From Chthoniobacterales bacterium (GTDB lineage Bacteria > Verrucomicrobiota > Verrucomicrobiia > Chthoniobacterales > JACTMZ01), in contig JBIKXZ010000002.1 in NCBI GenBank assembly GCA_044355525.1, positions 1 to 34,473 on the forward strand: a DNA stretch of 34,473 bases. Reading direction: 5' to 3'. The position numbers and the translations under genes are program-made. A model generated the notes under the pieces. It was not told where the DNA came from, did not search any database, and worked only from the letters and a program-made list of their open reading frames with translations. How positions within the stretch are numbered: the stretch's first letter is position 1; the number at the start of each line of letters is the position of its first letter. Of the stretch, positions 1 to 7,709 are shown in pieces.

Positions 1-545
1 ATGATGTCGGCCTCTTTGGAAGCCACTTGGCTGTCCACATCGGCGACGTATTTGTCGGTCAGTTTCTGGATCTGGGTCTCGCCACTCTTGAGATCGTCTT
101 CGGTGAGGCCGCCCTCTTTCTGCATTTTCTTGGCCGAATCCATGGCATGGCGGCGGGCGGCGCGGATACGCACGCGGGTTTCCTCGGCCATCGTCTTGAT
201 CGTTTTGACCAGATCCTTGCGGCGCTCCTCGCTCAGCTCGGGAATGGGGAGGCGAATGAGTTTGCCGTCGACCGAAGGAGTGATGCCGATCTTCGACTCG
301 TTGATCGCCTTCTCGATCGGTTTGGTGGTCGCAGCGTCGAAGGGCTGAATGACGAGGAGGCGCGGCTCGGGCGTGCTGATCAGCGCAAGTTGCTTTAGTT
401 TCATGACCGAGCCGTAGGCGTCGACATCAATGCCTTCGACCAGAGCGGGCGAAGCCTTGCCGGTGCGCACGCTGGAGAATTCGTGCTTCATGAAATCGAG
501 GGCTTTTTCCATGCCCTCCTCCGCGGTGAAAAGTAGTTCGTCCAT
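1..545 (-). CDS. frr: ribosome recycling factor, 3' end cut by the window edge
   Basis: My reverse-strand translation from the ATG at 545-543 reads MDELLFTAEEGMEKALDFMKHEFSSVRTGKASPALVEGIDVDAYGSVMKLKQLALISTPEPRLLVIQPFD...LIRLPIPELSEERRKDLVK, typical RRF. It lies 6 nt downstream of pyrH, the conserved pyrH-frr order. It is absent from the ORF track because no stop codon falls in the window. Confidence 0.85.
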   Translation of the reverse strand, partial: MDELLFTAEEGMEKALDFMKHEFSSVRTGKASPALVEGIDVDAYGSVMKLKQLALISTPEPRLLVIQPFDAATTKPIEKAINESKIGITPSVDGKLIRLPIPELSEERRKDLVKTIKTMAEETRVRIRAARRHAMDSAKKMQKEGGLTEDDLKSGETQIQKLTDKYVADVDSQVASKEADI

Positions 546-551
546 AAATGA

Positions 552-1277
552 TCAGCCGCCGGTCACGAGCGTGCCGACCGGCTCGCCCATCACAGCACGC
601 TTGATGTTGCCGGAATCCGCCATGTTGAAAACCACAATCGGCATTTTGTTGTCCAGGCACAGGCTGAAAGCGGTGGAATCCATGACCTGCAGGCGGCGCT
701 GGAGCGCGTCGGCGTAGGTGATGTGGTCGAATTTCTTGGCGCCCGGATTCGTCTTGGGATCGGCGTCGTAGATGCCATCGACCTTGGTCGCTTTGAGGAT
801 GGCGTCCGCCCCGATTTCGTTGGCGCGCAGGGCCGCGGTGGTGTCGGTGGAAAAGAACGGGTTCCCCGTGCCGGCGACGAAAATGACGACGTATCCTTTC
901 TCGAGATGATGCAACGCGCGGCGGAGGATGAACGGCTCGGCTACGTTGTTCATCTCGATGGCGGTCTGCACGCGGGTGGTCAAGCCGATGTCCTCCAGCC
1001 CGCTCATCAAGGCCATGCCGTTGATCACGGTGGCCAGCATGCCCATGTAGTCGGCCGTGGTGCGGTTCATGCCGCGGTGCGAGGCGGCCAGCCCGCGCCA
1101 GATGTTGCCGCCGCCAATGACCACGGCGACCTGCACGCCAAGTCCCTGGACCTCTTTGATTTCCTGGGCCATCTGATTGACGATCTGGGGCGAAATGGCG
1201 TCTTTGCTCCCCGGCTCGCGCAGAGCCTCGCCGCTGAGTTTGAGGACGATGCGGCGGTATTTCGGCTCGGACGGCAT
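552..1277 (-). CDS. pyrH: UMP kinase
   Basis: 241-aa track ORF. Motifs [22 protein letters not shown] and [22 protein letters not shown] are characteristic of the amino-acid-kinase-fold UMP kinase. It sits upstream of frr. Confidence 0.95.
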   Translation of the reverse strand: MPSEPKYRRIVLKLSGEALREPGSKDAISPQIVNQMAQEIKEVQGLGVQVAVVIGGGNIWRGLAASHRGMNRTTADYMGMLATVINGMALMSGLEDIGLTTRVQTAIEMNNVAEPFILRRALHHLEKGYVVIFVAGTGNPFFSTDTTAALRANEIGADAILKATKVDGIYDADPKTNPGAKKFDHITYADALQRRLQVMDSTAFSLCLDNKMPIVVFNMADSGNIKRAVMGEPVGTLVTGG

Positions 1278-1370
1278 GGGGTGAACCTAGCCAAGCCCCC
1301 CGCGCCTCTTGAAGCGAAAAAGCCGCGAAAAAAGATCCCGACCGCTGAAATCCGGCGTAAATTGGCCGTG

Positions 1371-1991
1371 ATGACGACCGACCCCATCCAGCTCCCCGCC
1401 TCGATGCCGGTCATGGCGCTGTCCGGCGTGACCCTCTTCCCCAACGCCCTGCTCCCGCTCTACATTTTCGAATCCCGCTACCGCGAGATGCTGGCCTCGG
1501 TGCTGGCCGGCGACCGCATCTTCGCCGTCGGTATGGTGCGGCCGGATACCGGGGAGGAATCCATCTTTCCCGTGGCCGGCGCGGGTCTGGTCCGCGCCTG
1601 CGTGGGCCAACCCGATGGCACGAGCCAACTCATCCTGCAGGGATTGGGCCGCGTTGAATTCACCGGTTTCGACCAAGAAGAGCCCTACCTCATCGGCCGG
1701 GCCAAACCGCTTCCGACGATCATCGACAACGAGGACGCCTGCCACACGCTGCGGCGCGAGCTGCAGGACATCTGCACGGGCCTCGTCTCGCGCGGTATCG
1801 AGTTGCCCGACACCTTTGTCAAAGCCGCCGGCGAAATGCACGACCCCGCCACGCTCGGTGATCTTTTCGCGCAGCACCTCGTGCGTGATCCCCTCGCTGC
1901 GCAGCAGATTCTCTCCGAACCCAAGTTATCCGTCCGCCTCGGAAAATTGGTAGACACACTCCGTTCGGAGTGGCAGCAATTCCCCTCCTGA
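1371..1991 (+). CDS. LON N-terminal (substrate-binding) domain protein
   Basis: This is the C-terminal 206 codons of track ORF 723..1991, starting at the in-frame ATG MTTDPIQLPASMPVMALSGVTLFPNALLPLYIFESRYREML, the LON-N domain signature. The upstream part of the ORF is antisense to pyrH and not credible as coding. Confidence 0.8.
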   Translation: MTTDPIQLPASMPVMALSGVTLFPNALLPLYIFESRYREMLASVLAGDRIFAVGMVRPDTGEESIFPVAGAGLVRACVGQPDGTSQLILQGLGRVEFTGFDQEEPYLIGRAKPLPTIIDNEDACHTLRRELQDICTGLVSRGIELPDTFVKAAGEMHDPATLGDLFAQHLVRDPLAAQQILSEPKLSVRLGKLVDTLRSEWQQFPS

Positions 1992-3379
1992 TGCCGCGCA
2001 GCAACCAAGGCCTGCTCGCCTTTCCCGAGGACGACCATGAAGTCGCCCCGCCCAAGGCTCCGTTGACCGTCAGCCAACTTAATCACGAGGTCCGCGCCTG
2101 CCTCGAAGGCCAACTCGGCAGGATCTGGGTCGAGGGCGAAATATCCAACCTCCGACGCCAGCCCTCCGGCCATCAATACTTCAGCCTCAAGGATGAAGCC
2201 GCGCAGGTTTCGTGCGTCCTCTTCCGCAGTGCCGGTGCCGGGGCTCCCGCCCTGCGGGACGGACTCAAGGTCGAAATCTTCGGGGAAATCTCCGTTTATG
2301 AGGCGCGCGGACAATATCAAATCGTCGTCCGGCGCGTGCAACTTCGCGGGGCAGGAGAACTCGAGGCCAAGCTCCGCGCGCTGCAGGAAAGACTCCGCGC
2401 CGAAGGACTCTTCGACCAAGAACGCAAAAAGCCGCTGCCCCCGCATCCGGTCCGCGTCGGCGTGGTCACGTCTCCGGCCGGGGCGGCCATCCGCGATTTT
2501 CTCCACGTGCTGCGCCGGCGCGCGCCGCACATCGCCGTCTTCATCGCGCCGGTGCGCGTGCAGGGACGCGGAGCGGCAGTGGAAATCGCGCAAGCCGTGG
2601 GGCACTTCGCCGACCCGCAGCGCAGCGGATTTCCCGCTGTCGATGTCATCGTGGTGACCCGCGGCGGCGGCAGCCTCGAAGACCTGTGGGAATTCAACGA
2701 AGAGATCGTCGCCCGCGCCATTGCCGCCAGCGCGGTGCCGGTCATCTCCGCGGTCGGACACGAAATCGATTTCACCACATCCGACTTGGCGGCCGACGTG
2801 CGCGCCCCCACCCCGAGCGCGGCGGCCGAAATCCTCAGCGCCGACCGCGCCGAAACACTGGATCGTTTGCAGTCGTCCCTGCGGCGTTTGCATCGCGACG
2901 CCGGAGTGCATCTCGCGGGACATCGCGCGCAGCTCGAATTGCGCACCGCCTCCGGAGTCTTCCGCCTTCCCCTGCGGCGGATCGAAGATCTGCGCCAGGG
3001 GACCGACGATTTGCACGAACGCGCCCACGCGTCCGTGGCCTCCATCCTCGGGTTGCTGCAGCAACGAACAGACCAAGCGCGCGCCATTCTCGCCGCGCGC
3101 TCCCCGGCAATCCGGCTGCGCTCGTGGTCGGAACGCCTCGCTGCTCTGCAACACCGCCAAGAGCAGGCGGCGACTGCTTTCCTGCGTCAGCGCCGCCAAC
3201 GCCACGCGCGCCATGCCCACGCCCTTGAACTGCTCGGACCCCGCCAGACACTTGCTCGCGGGTTCACTATCACGATGGACGCGCAACGCCGTCCGCTCAC
3301 TTCGGCACAGCAAGCGGCGAAGGAAAAAGAAATGGTCACGGTCTTCGCGGACGGCGAGGTGAAATCCAAACCGCTGTAG
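1991..3379 (+). CDS. xseA: exodeoxyribonuclease VII large subunit
   Basis: Track ORF 1970..3379. It has an OB-fold N-terminus (LTVSQLNHEVRACLEGQLGRIWVEGEISNLRRQPSGHQYFSLKD), a catalytic core (VVTSPAGAAIRDF, VTRGGGSLEDLWEFN, ISAVGHEIDFT) and a long coiled-coil tail. I prefer the ATG at 1991, which forms TGATG with the upstream stop codon. The ATG at 1970 is an alternative. Confidence 0.9.
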   Translation: MPRSNQGLLAFPEDDHEVAPPKAPLTVSQLNHEVRACLEGQLGRIWVEGEISNLRRQPSGHQYFSLKDEAAQVSCVLFRSAGAGAPALRDGLKVEIFGEISVYEARGQYQIVVRRVQLRGAGELEAKLRALQERLRAEGLFDQERKKPLPPHPVRVGVVTSPAGAAIRDFLHVLRRRAPHIAVFIAPVRVQGRGAAVEIAQAVGHFADPQRSGFPAVDVIVVTRGGGSLEDLWEFNEEIVARAIAASAVPVISAVGHEIDFTTSDLAADVRAPTPSAAAEILSADRAETLDRLQSSLRRLHRDAGVHLAGHRAQLELRTASGVFRLPLRRIEDLRQGTDDLHERAHASVASILGLLQQRTDQARAILAARSPAIRLRSWSERLAALQHRQEQAATAFLRQRRQRHARHAHALELLGPRQTLARGFTITMDAQRRPLTSAQQAAKEKEMVTVFADGEVKSKPL

Positions 3380-3408
3380 CGTCGCCGTCCTAGGCGACGG
3401 CTGTTTTC
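3380..3408 (+). terminator. probable intrinsic terminator of xseA
   Basis: Directly after the TAG stop: 7-bp stem CGTCGCC / GGCGACG, loop GTCCTA, then GCTGTTTTCG (a T-run). Confidence 0.5.
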
Positions 3409-3418
3409 GACCAACGAC

Positions 3419-3473
3419 CGGCGGCGGGGCTTCCGGCTCGTAGAGCCTACAGCTCGGAGAGACGCCGCCGCTA
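3419..3473. repeat. long form of the dispersed GC-rich hairpin repeat (copy A)
   Basis: 8-bp outer stem CGGCGGCG...CGCCGCCG encloses the core GCTCGTAGAGCCTACAGCTCGGAGAGA, followed by CTAC. About 33 nt (3436-3468) recur at 34350-34382 with one difference. The CTA of the flank is the TAG stop of aat on the minus strand. Confidence 0.55.
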
Positions 3474-4130
3474 CATTATGCCGACCCGTTGCCGCGGCAT
3501 TTCCGCGACCCGCACCTCGCCCGGCGCGGGGAAAAAACGCGGGGTCATCATGGCTTCCCGCAGGTAATTCAAATAAACCGGCCGCCGGATTTCCACCGCA
3601 CCGAAATTTTCGAGGTGATCGGTCACCCATTGAATGTCGAGCAACCCGAAGCCCTGGGCGCGCAGGATGCCGACCAGCGCAAGCAGCGCGACTTTCGAGG
3701 CCTCACTCACTCGCGAGAACATCGATTCCCCGAAAAAAGCCCCGCCGAGTTGCACGCCGTAGAGACCTCCAGCCAAACGCCCGCCCGCCCACACCTCCAC
3801 GCTGTGGGCCGAGCCTTGCCCGTGCAGTTCGGTGTAAACCCGCGCGATGGCCGGATCGATCCATGTCTCGGCACGGTCGGCACAACCGGCCACCACATCG
3901 TCGAAGGCCGTGTCGACTGTCACCGCAAAATCCAAACGCGCCAAGGCGCGCCGGAACCCGTGCGGCAAATGGAAACCATCCAGCGGCAAAACCCCGCGCG
4001 GATCGGGCGAGAACCAGCGCAACCGTCCGTCGCCGCAGGCCATGGGAAAAAATCCGTCACGGTAAGCCCGCAGGACCGAGATCGCGGTCAGCCGCTCGGG
4101 GGGAAAGGACTGGGAAACCAGATCCGACAT
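3471..4130 (-). CDS. aat: leucyl/phenylalanyl-tRNA--protein transferase
   Basis: Track ORF 3471..4256, trimmed to the in-frame ATG at 4130 (MSDLVSQSFPPERL...). Motifs LRAYRDGFFPMA, WFSPDPRGVLPL and GGLYGVQLGGAFFGESMFS match L/F-transferase. Confidence 0.9.
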   Translation of the reverse strand: MSDLVSQSFPPERLTAISVLRAYRDGFFPMACGDGRLRWFSPDPRGVLPLDGFHLPHGFRRALARLDFAVTVDTAFDDVVAGCADRAETWIDPAIARVYTELHGQGSAHSVEVWAGGRLAGGLYGVQLGGAFFGESMFSRVSEASKVALLALVGILRAQGFGLLDIQWVTDHLENFGAVEIRRPVYLNYLREAMMTPRFFPAPGEVRVAEMPRQRVGIM

Positions 4131-4231
4131 GACAACGTAACTCTTGCCGCAAACCACCGCCGGGCGCAACCCGCGCATTCGGCGGTTGCCCGCCGGGGGC
4201 CCGCGCCCTAATTTCTTCCAACCACCAAGCC

Positions 4232-5947
4232 ATGATCTCCGACAACGCCGACCCAAAGCCGCTCTCCAAAGTCGAGGGCCTCAAAGAAGCCAGCAATTAC
4301 CTGCGCGGCACGCTCATCGAGAGCCTCGAGGACCGATCGACCGGCGCCATCTCGGACGATGACACGACCGTTTCCAAATTCCACGGGATCTACCAGCAGG
4401 ACCACCGCGACCAGCGCAACGAGCGGAAAAAAGCCGGTCTGGAAAAAGCCTTCATCTTCATGATCCGCATCCGCGTGCCCGGCGGCGTCTGCACGCCGGA
4501 GCAATGGCTCAAGATCGACGCGCTGGCCGACCAATACGGCAGCCACACGCTGAAGCTGACCACGCGCCAAGCCTTCCAATTGCATTTCATCACCAAAGAC
4601 GTCCTCAAGACGACGATGCAGGGAATCAACGATGCGGTCATGGACTGCATCGCGGCCTGCGGCGACGTGAACCGCAACGTGATGGCCAATCCGAATCCGT
4701 ATCAGTCGGCCCTGCACGGCCCCGTGCTCGACGACGCCCGCGCGGTCAGCGCCCACCTCACCCCGCAGACCCGCGCCTATCACGAGGTCTGGCTCGACGG
4801 CGAACGCGTCTCGCCCGAGGACGAAGAGGAACCGATCTACGGCAAGACCTATCTCCCGCGGAAATTCAAAACCGGCTTCGCCGTCCCGCCGAGCAATGAC
4901 GTCGACATCTACACGCAGGACCTCGGATTCATCGCCATCGGCGAAGACGGGAAACTGCTCGGCTACAATCTCTCGGTCGGCGGCGGACTCGGCATGTCAC
5001 ACGGCGACACCAAGACATATCCCCGCCTGGCCAATGTCATCGGCTACCTCCCGCGCGAAAAAGTCGTCGAAGTGTCGGAAAAAGTTGTCACCGTGCAACG
5101 CGATTTCGGCGACCGGACCAACCGCAAGCACGCGCGCCTCAAATACACCATCGAGGACCGCGGGGTGGATTGGTTCAAAAACGAACTCGAATCGCGGCTC
5201 GGCTGGAAACTCGGCGAGACCCGTCCGTTCGAATTTACCAGTTCCGGCGACCGCTACGGATGGACCAAAGGCACGGACGGCAACTGGCACTACACGCTCT
5301 TCATCCAGAACGGACGCCTCCGTGACACCGACGAATCGCCGGCCAAAACCGGCCTGCGCGAAATCGCCAAGATCCACACCGGCGACTTCCGCCTCACCGC
5401 GAACCAGAACCTCGTCATCGGCGGCGTGACCGAAGAGCAGAAGCCGCGCATCGAGGCACTGCTGGCGCAATACAATCTGGATATCCCGGCGCACATCACC
5501 GGCCTGCGTTTGAACTCCATGGCCTGTGTTGCGCTGCCCACCTGCGGATTGGCTCTGGCCGAAAGCGAACGCTACCTGCCCTCGCTGATCAGCGATCTCG
5601 ACCAAGTCATCGAGGAATGCGGCCTGCGCGAGAGCGAAATCGTCATCCGCATGACCGGCTGCCCGAACGGCTGCGCGCGCCCCTACCTCGGCGAAATCGG
5701 TTTCGTCGGCCGCGCGCCGGGCAAATACAACATCTACCTCGGCGCCGCCTTCGACGGCTCGCGTCTCAACAAACTCTACAAGCCGTCGGTAAAGTCCGAA
5801 GACATCGTCAACGAACTCGCTCCGATCATCCGCCGCTACGCCACCGAGCGTCAGGAAGGCGAACGCTTCGGAGACTTCACCATCCGCGCGGGTTACGTCA
5901 AAGCCACCACCGAAGGCCGCCTCTTCCACGAGGACATCATGTCCTGA
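4232..5947 (+). CDS. cysI: assimilatory sulfite reductase hemoprotein (siroheme/[4Fe-4S]) subunit
   Basis: 571 aa. The N-terminus [20 protein letters not shown]...[10 protein letters not shown] and repeated nitrite/sulfite-reductase ferredoxin-like halves are present, as are the cluster/siroheme cysteines [10 protein letters not shown] and GCPNGCARP. No cysJ or cysH lies adjacent in this window. Confidence 0.9.
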   Translation: MISDNADPKPLSKVEGLKEASNYLRGTLIESLEDRSTGAISDDDTTVSKFHGIYQQDHRDQRNERKKAGLEKAFIFMIRIRVPGGVCTPEQWLKIDALADQYGSHTLKLTTRQAFQLHFITKDVLKTTMQGINDAVMDCIAACGDVNRNVMANPNPYQSALHGPVLDDARAVSAHLTPQTRAYHEVWLDGERVSPEDEEEPIYGKTYLPRKFKTGFAVPPSNDVDIYTQDLGFIAIGEDGKLLGYNLSVGGGLGMSHGDTKTYPRLANVIGYLPREKVVEVSEKVVTVQRDFGDRTNRKHARLKYTIEDRGVDWFKNELESRLGWKLGETRPFEFTSSGDRYGWTKGTDGNWHYTLFIQNGRLRDTDESPAKTGLREIAKIHTGDFRLTANQNLVIGGVTEEQKPRIEALLAQYNLDIPAHITGLRLNSMACVALPTCGLALAESERYLPSLISDLDQVIEECGLRESEIVIRMTGCPNGCARPYLGEIGFVGRAPGKYNIYLGAAFDGSRLNKLYKPSVKSEDIVNELAPIIRRYATERQEGERFGDFTIRAGYVKATTEGRLFHEDIMS

Positions 5948-5952
5948 AGGTT

Positions 5953-6010
5953 GTAGCGGCGTCCCCGCCACTTGTCGTCGAAGGTTAAGCGGCGGGGACG
6001 CCGCTTCTAC
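5953..6010. repeat. two short-form copies of the GC-rich hairpin repeat between convergent genes
   Basis: GTAGCGGCGTCCCCGCC (5953-5969) and AAGCGGCGGGGACGCCGCTTCTAC (5987-6010, 8-bp stem with 4-nt loop) are each preceded by GAAGGTT. The final CTA is the TAG stop of the minus-strand gene 6007..6852. They probably act as a bidirectional terminator. Confidence 0.55.
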
Positions 6011-6852
6011 TTTTCCCGCGTGATCTCGAGCGTTGTCTCCAACCGGTGCGGCACCTTGCTGTCGCCGTAATAAAGTCCGGTCACCGGAGCAATATCGGCG
6101 GGCGAGATACCCACCGCCGTGGCGAGATAGTGGTGATCCGCAAAAACACCGTTCGACGGATCCATCCCGACCCATCCGGCACCGGGCAGGAACACCTCGG
6201 TCCAGGCGTGCAGGGCGCCGTCGGCTTTGCGCTCGGACGGATCACCGGCACTTTCCCACAGGTAACCGCTGACCAGGCGTGCCGCCAACCCCTGGGCTCG
6301 CAACGCGGCGGCCAGTAGAACCGCGGTGTCACGGCAGGACCCGCGGCGCAGCCCGAGAGTTTCGGCCGGCGGATGCGCATCCCCCTCATCGCGGCGCTCG
6401 TAAGCGATGTTGGCGTGAATCCATTGGTTCATCGCAACCAGCGCGCCGACGGTTTCGCTGCCGGACATGGGACGCAAGGCGGCAGGCAGTTCGGCACTTT
6501 CCGCCCGCATGAAAGGTCCGAGCACTTCCCGTTCGCGCGTGTCGTAGTCCGCGGGCCACTGCAGCGCGCGGCTGTCGAGGAGGAAGCCGAACGGATTGCG
6601 CTGCTCGACGGCGATTTCAGCGTCCAGGCGGCAAACCAGACGGTCGTCCTCGCGCGGATAGAAACATTGCGCGACGACATTGTCGAAAAGGTCGTGGCGC
6701 CAGTGCACCGCACCGGTGGCGTTGGTGGCGAAATCGAGACGGCGCACGCGCGCCTGCAGCGCGTCGCGCGGGAACAGGCGGACGGTGTGCGGGGAAAGAC
6801 TGACGCGGCGTTCGTAGCGGTATTCCGCGCAGTAGGTGATGGTGAGTTTCAT
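6007..6852 (-). CDS. transglutaminase-like cysteine peptidase family protein (paralog 2)
   Basis: 281 aa. The N-terminus MKLTITYCAEYRYERRVSLSPHTVRLFP is Bact_transglu_N-like. The core retains Cys/His/Asp (RRGSCRDTAVLLAAALRAQGLAARLVSGY, ALHAWTEVFLPGAGWVGMDPSNG). Its start overlaps the upstream stop codon (ATGA). Confidence 0.85.
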   Translation of the reverse strand: MKLTITYCAEYRYERRVSLSPHTVRLFPRDALQARVRRLDFATNATGAVHWRHDLFDNVVAQCFYPREDDRLVCRLDAEIAVEQRNPFGFLLDSRALQWPADYDTREREVLGPFMRAESAELPAALRPMSGSETVGALVAMNQWIHANIAYERRDEGDAHPPAETLGLRRGSCRDTAVLLAAALRAQGLAARLVSGYLWESAGDPSERKADGALHAWTEVFLPGAGWVGMDPSNGVFADHHYLATAVGISPADIAPVTGLYYGDSKVPHRLETTLEITREK

Positions 6853-7709
6853 ACGGCGCGTTTCATCACGACTTTGACCGTCATTTTCTGCCCTCCGCTG
6901 CCCTTGAAAGTCCCGCGCACCGGCGTGGCATCGTCGAAATCGCGGCCAAAGGATACCGCGACATGGCGCTCACCGCACCATTGATCGTTGGTCGGATCGA
7001 GTGCGACCCATTCCATGCCCGGGACGAACACCTCGACCCACGCGTGGGTGGCCACCGCGCCGACGAGACGGCGTCCGCTTTTCGGCGGATCCGTCTCGAT
7101 GTAGCCGCAGACGTAGCGCGCGGGGAGTCCCGCGGTGCGAAGGACGCTGATCATGACATGGGCGAAATCCTGACAGACCCCCGCGCGCGCTTTCCAGATC
7201 TTGGAAAGCGGCGTCCAATTTTCCGTCGATCCGGAAACGTAACGGAAGCCGCGATTGATCGCGCCATTGAGCGCACCGAGGGCGACGCGCAGGGTGGCGT
7301 CGGACGGCAGCCAGCGGCGCCCCCAGTTGGCCGACTCGCCGCCCATCGGCACGGCCGGGGAAGCGCGGAGGTAGTCGAAGACATCGGTGGTGACCGATGA
7401 AAAAATCTGCCGCGCCTCGCCCACCGTGAGGTCGAGGGCCTCTTCGGGCAGGACGGGCGGTGCCGTCTCGGTGAGGATGCGGTTGGTCACGGTGAGGCGT
7501 TCGTGGCGTTTGACCATGGAATAAAACGATGTCGGGTTGCCGAAGTAGTCGGTGTAGGACGACACCGGCGCTTCCGGGTCGAAGAGCAATTCGTGGGCCA
7601 AGATCTTCTGCGTCGGGCGCGAAGGCGGGGTCAAGCGCGCCTCGACATAAGCCTCGCTGGCCGGCTCCTCGTAGCGGTAATCGGTCGTATGCAGGATCTC
7701 GAAAAGCAT
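6849..7709 (-). CDS. transglutaminase-like cysteine peptidase family protein (paralog 1)
   Basis: 286 aa. N-terminus MLFEILHTTDYRYEEPASEAYVEARLTP. Catalytic triad context: RAGVCQDFAHVMISVLRTAGLPARYVCGY, ATHAWVEVFVPGMEWVALDPTN. Its start overlaps the stop of the ATP-grasp gene (TGATG). Confidence 0.85.
   Translation of the reverse strand: MLFEILHTTDYRYEEPASEAYVEARLTPPSRPTQKILAHELLFDPEAPVSSYTDYFGNPTSFYSMVKRHERLTVTNRILTETAPPVLPEEALDLTVGEARQIFSSVTTDVFDYLRASPAVPMGGESANWGRRWLPSDATLRVALGALNGAINRGFRYVSGSTENWTPLSKIWKARAGVCQDFAHVMISVLRTAGLPARYVCGYIETDPPKSGRRLVGAVATHAWVEVFVPGMEWVALDPTNDQWCGERHVAVSFGRDFDDATPVRGTFKGSGGQKMTVKVVMKRAV

Noticed and set aside
723-1370. Upstream part of ORF 723..1991, and similarly 10882..11853 of ORF 10882..12927
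   Set aside because: These are read-through extensions antisense to pyrH and to the PHP/ppgK region. The recognisable domains (LON-N, AroB) begin at the internal ATGs 1371 and 11854.
1685-3313. 542-aa minus-strand ORF
   Set aside because: It is antisense to xseA and the LON-domain gene, with no motifs. It is a high-GC shadow ORF.
4131-4231. Imperfect GC-rich inverted repeat in the aat/cysI divergent intergenic region
   Set aside because: The pairing needs a bulge (CGGGCGCAAC versus GTTGCCCG) and is not distinguishable from chance in DNA this GC-rich.
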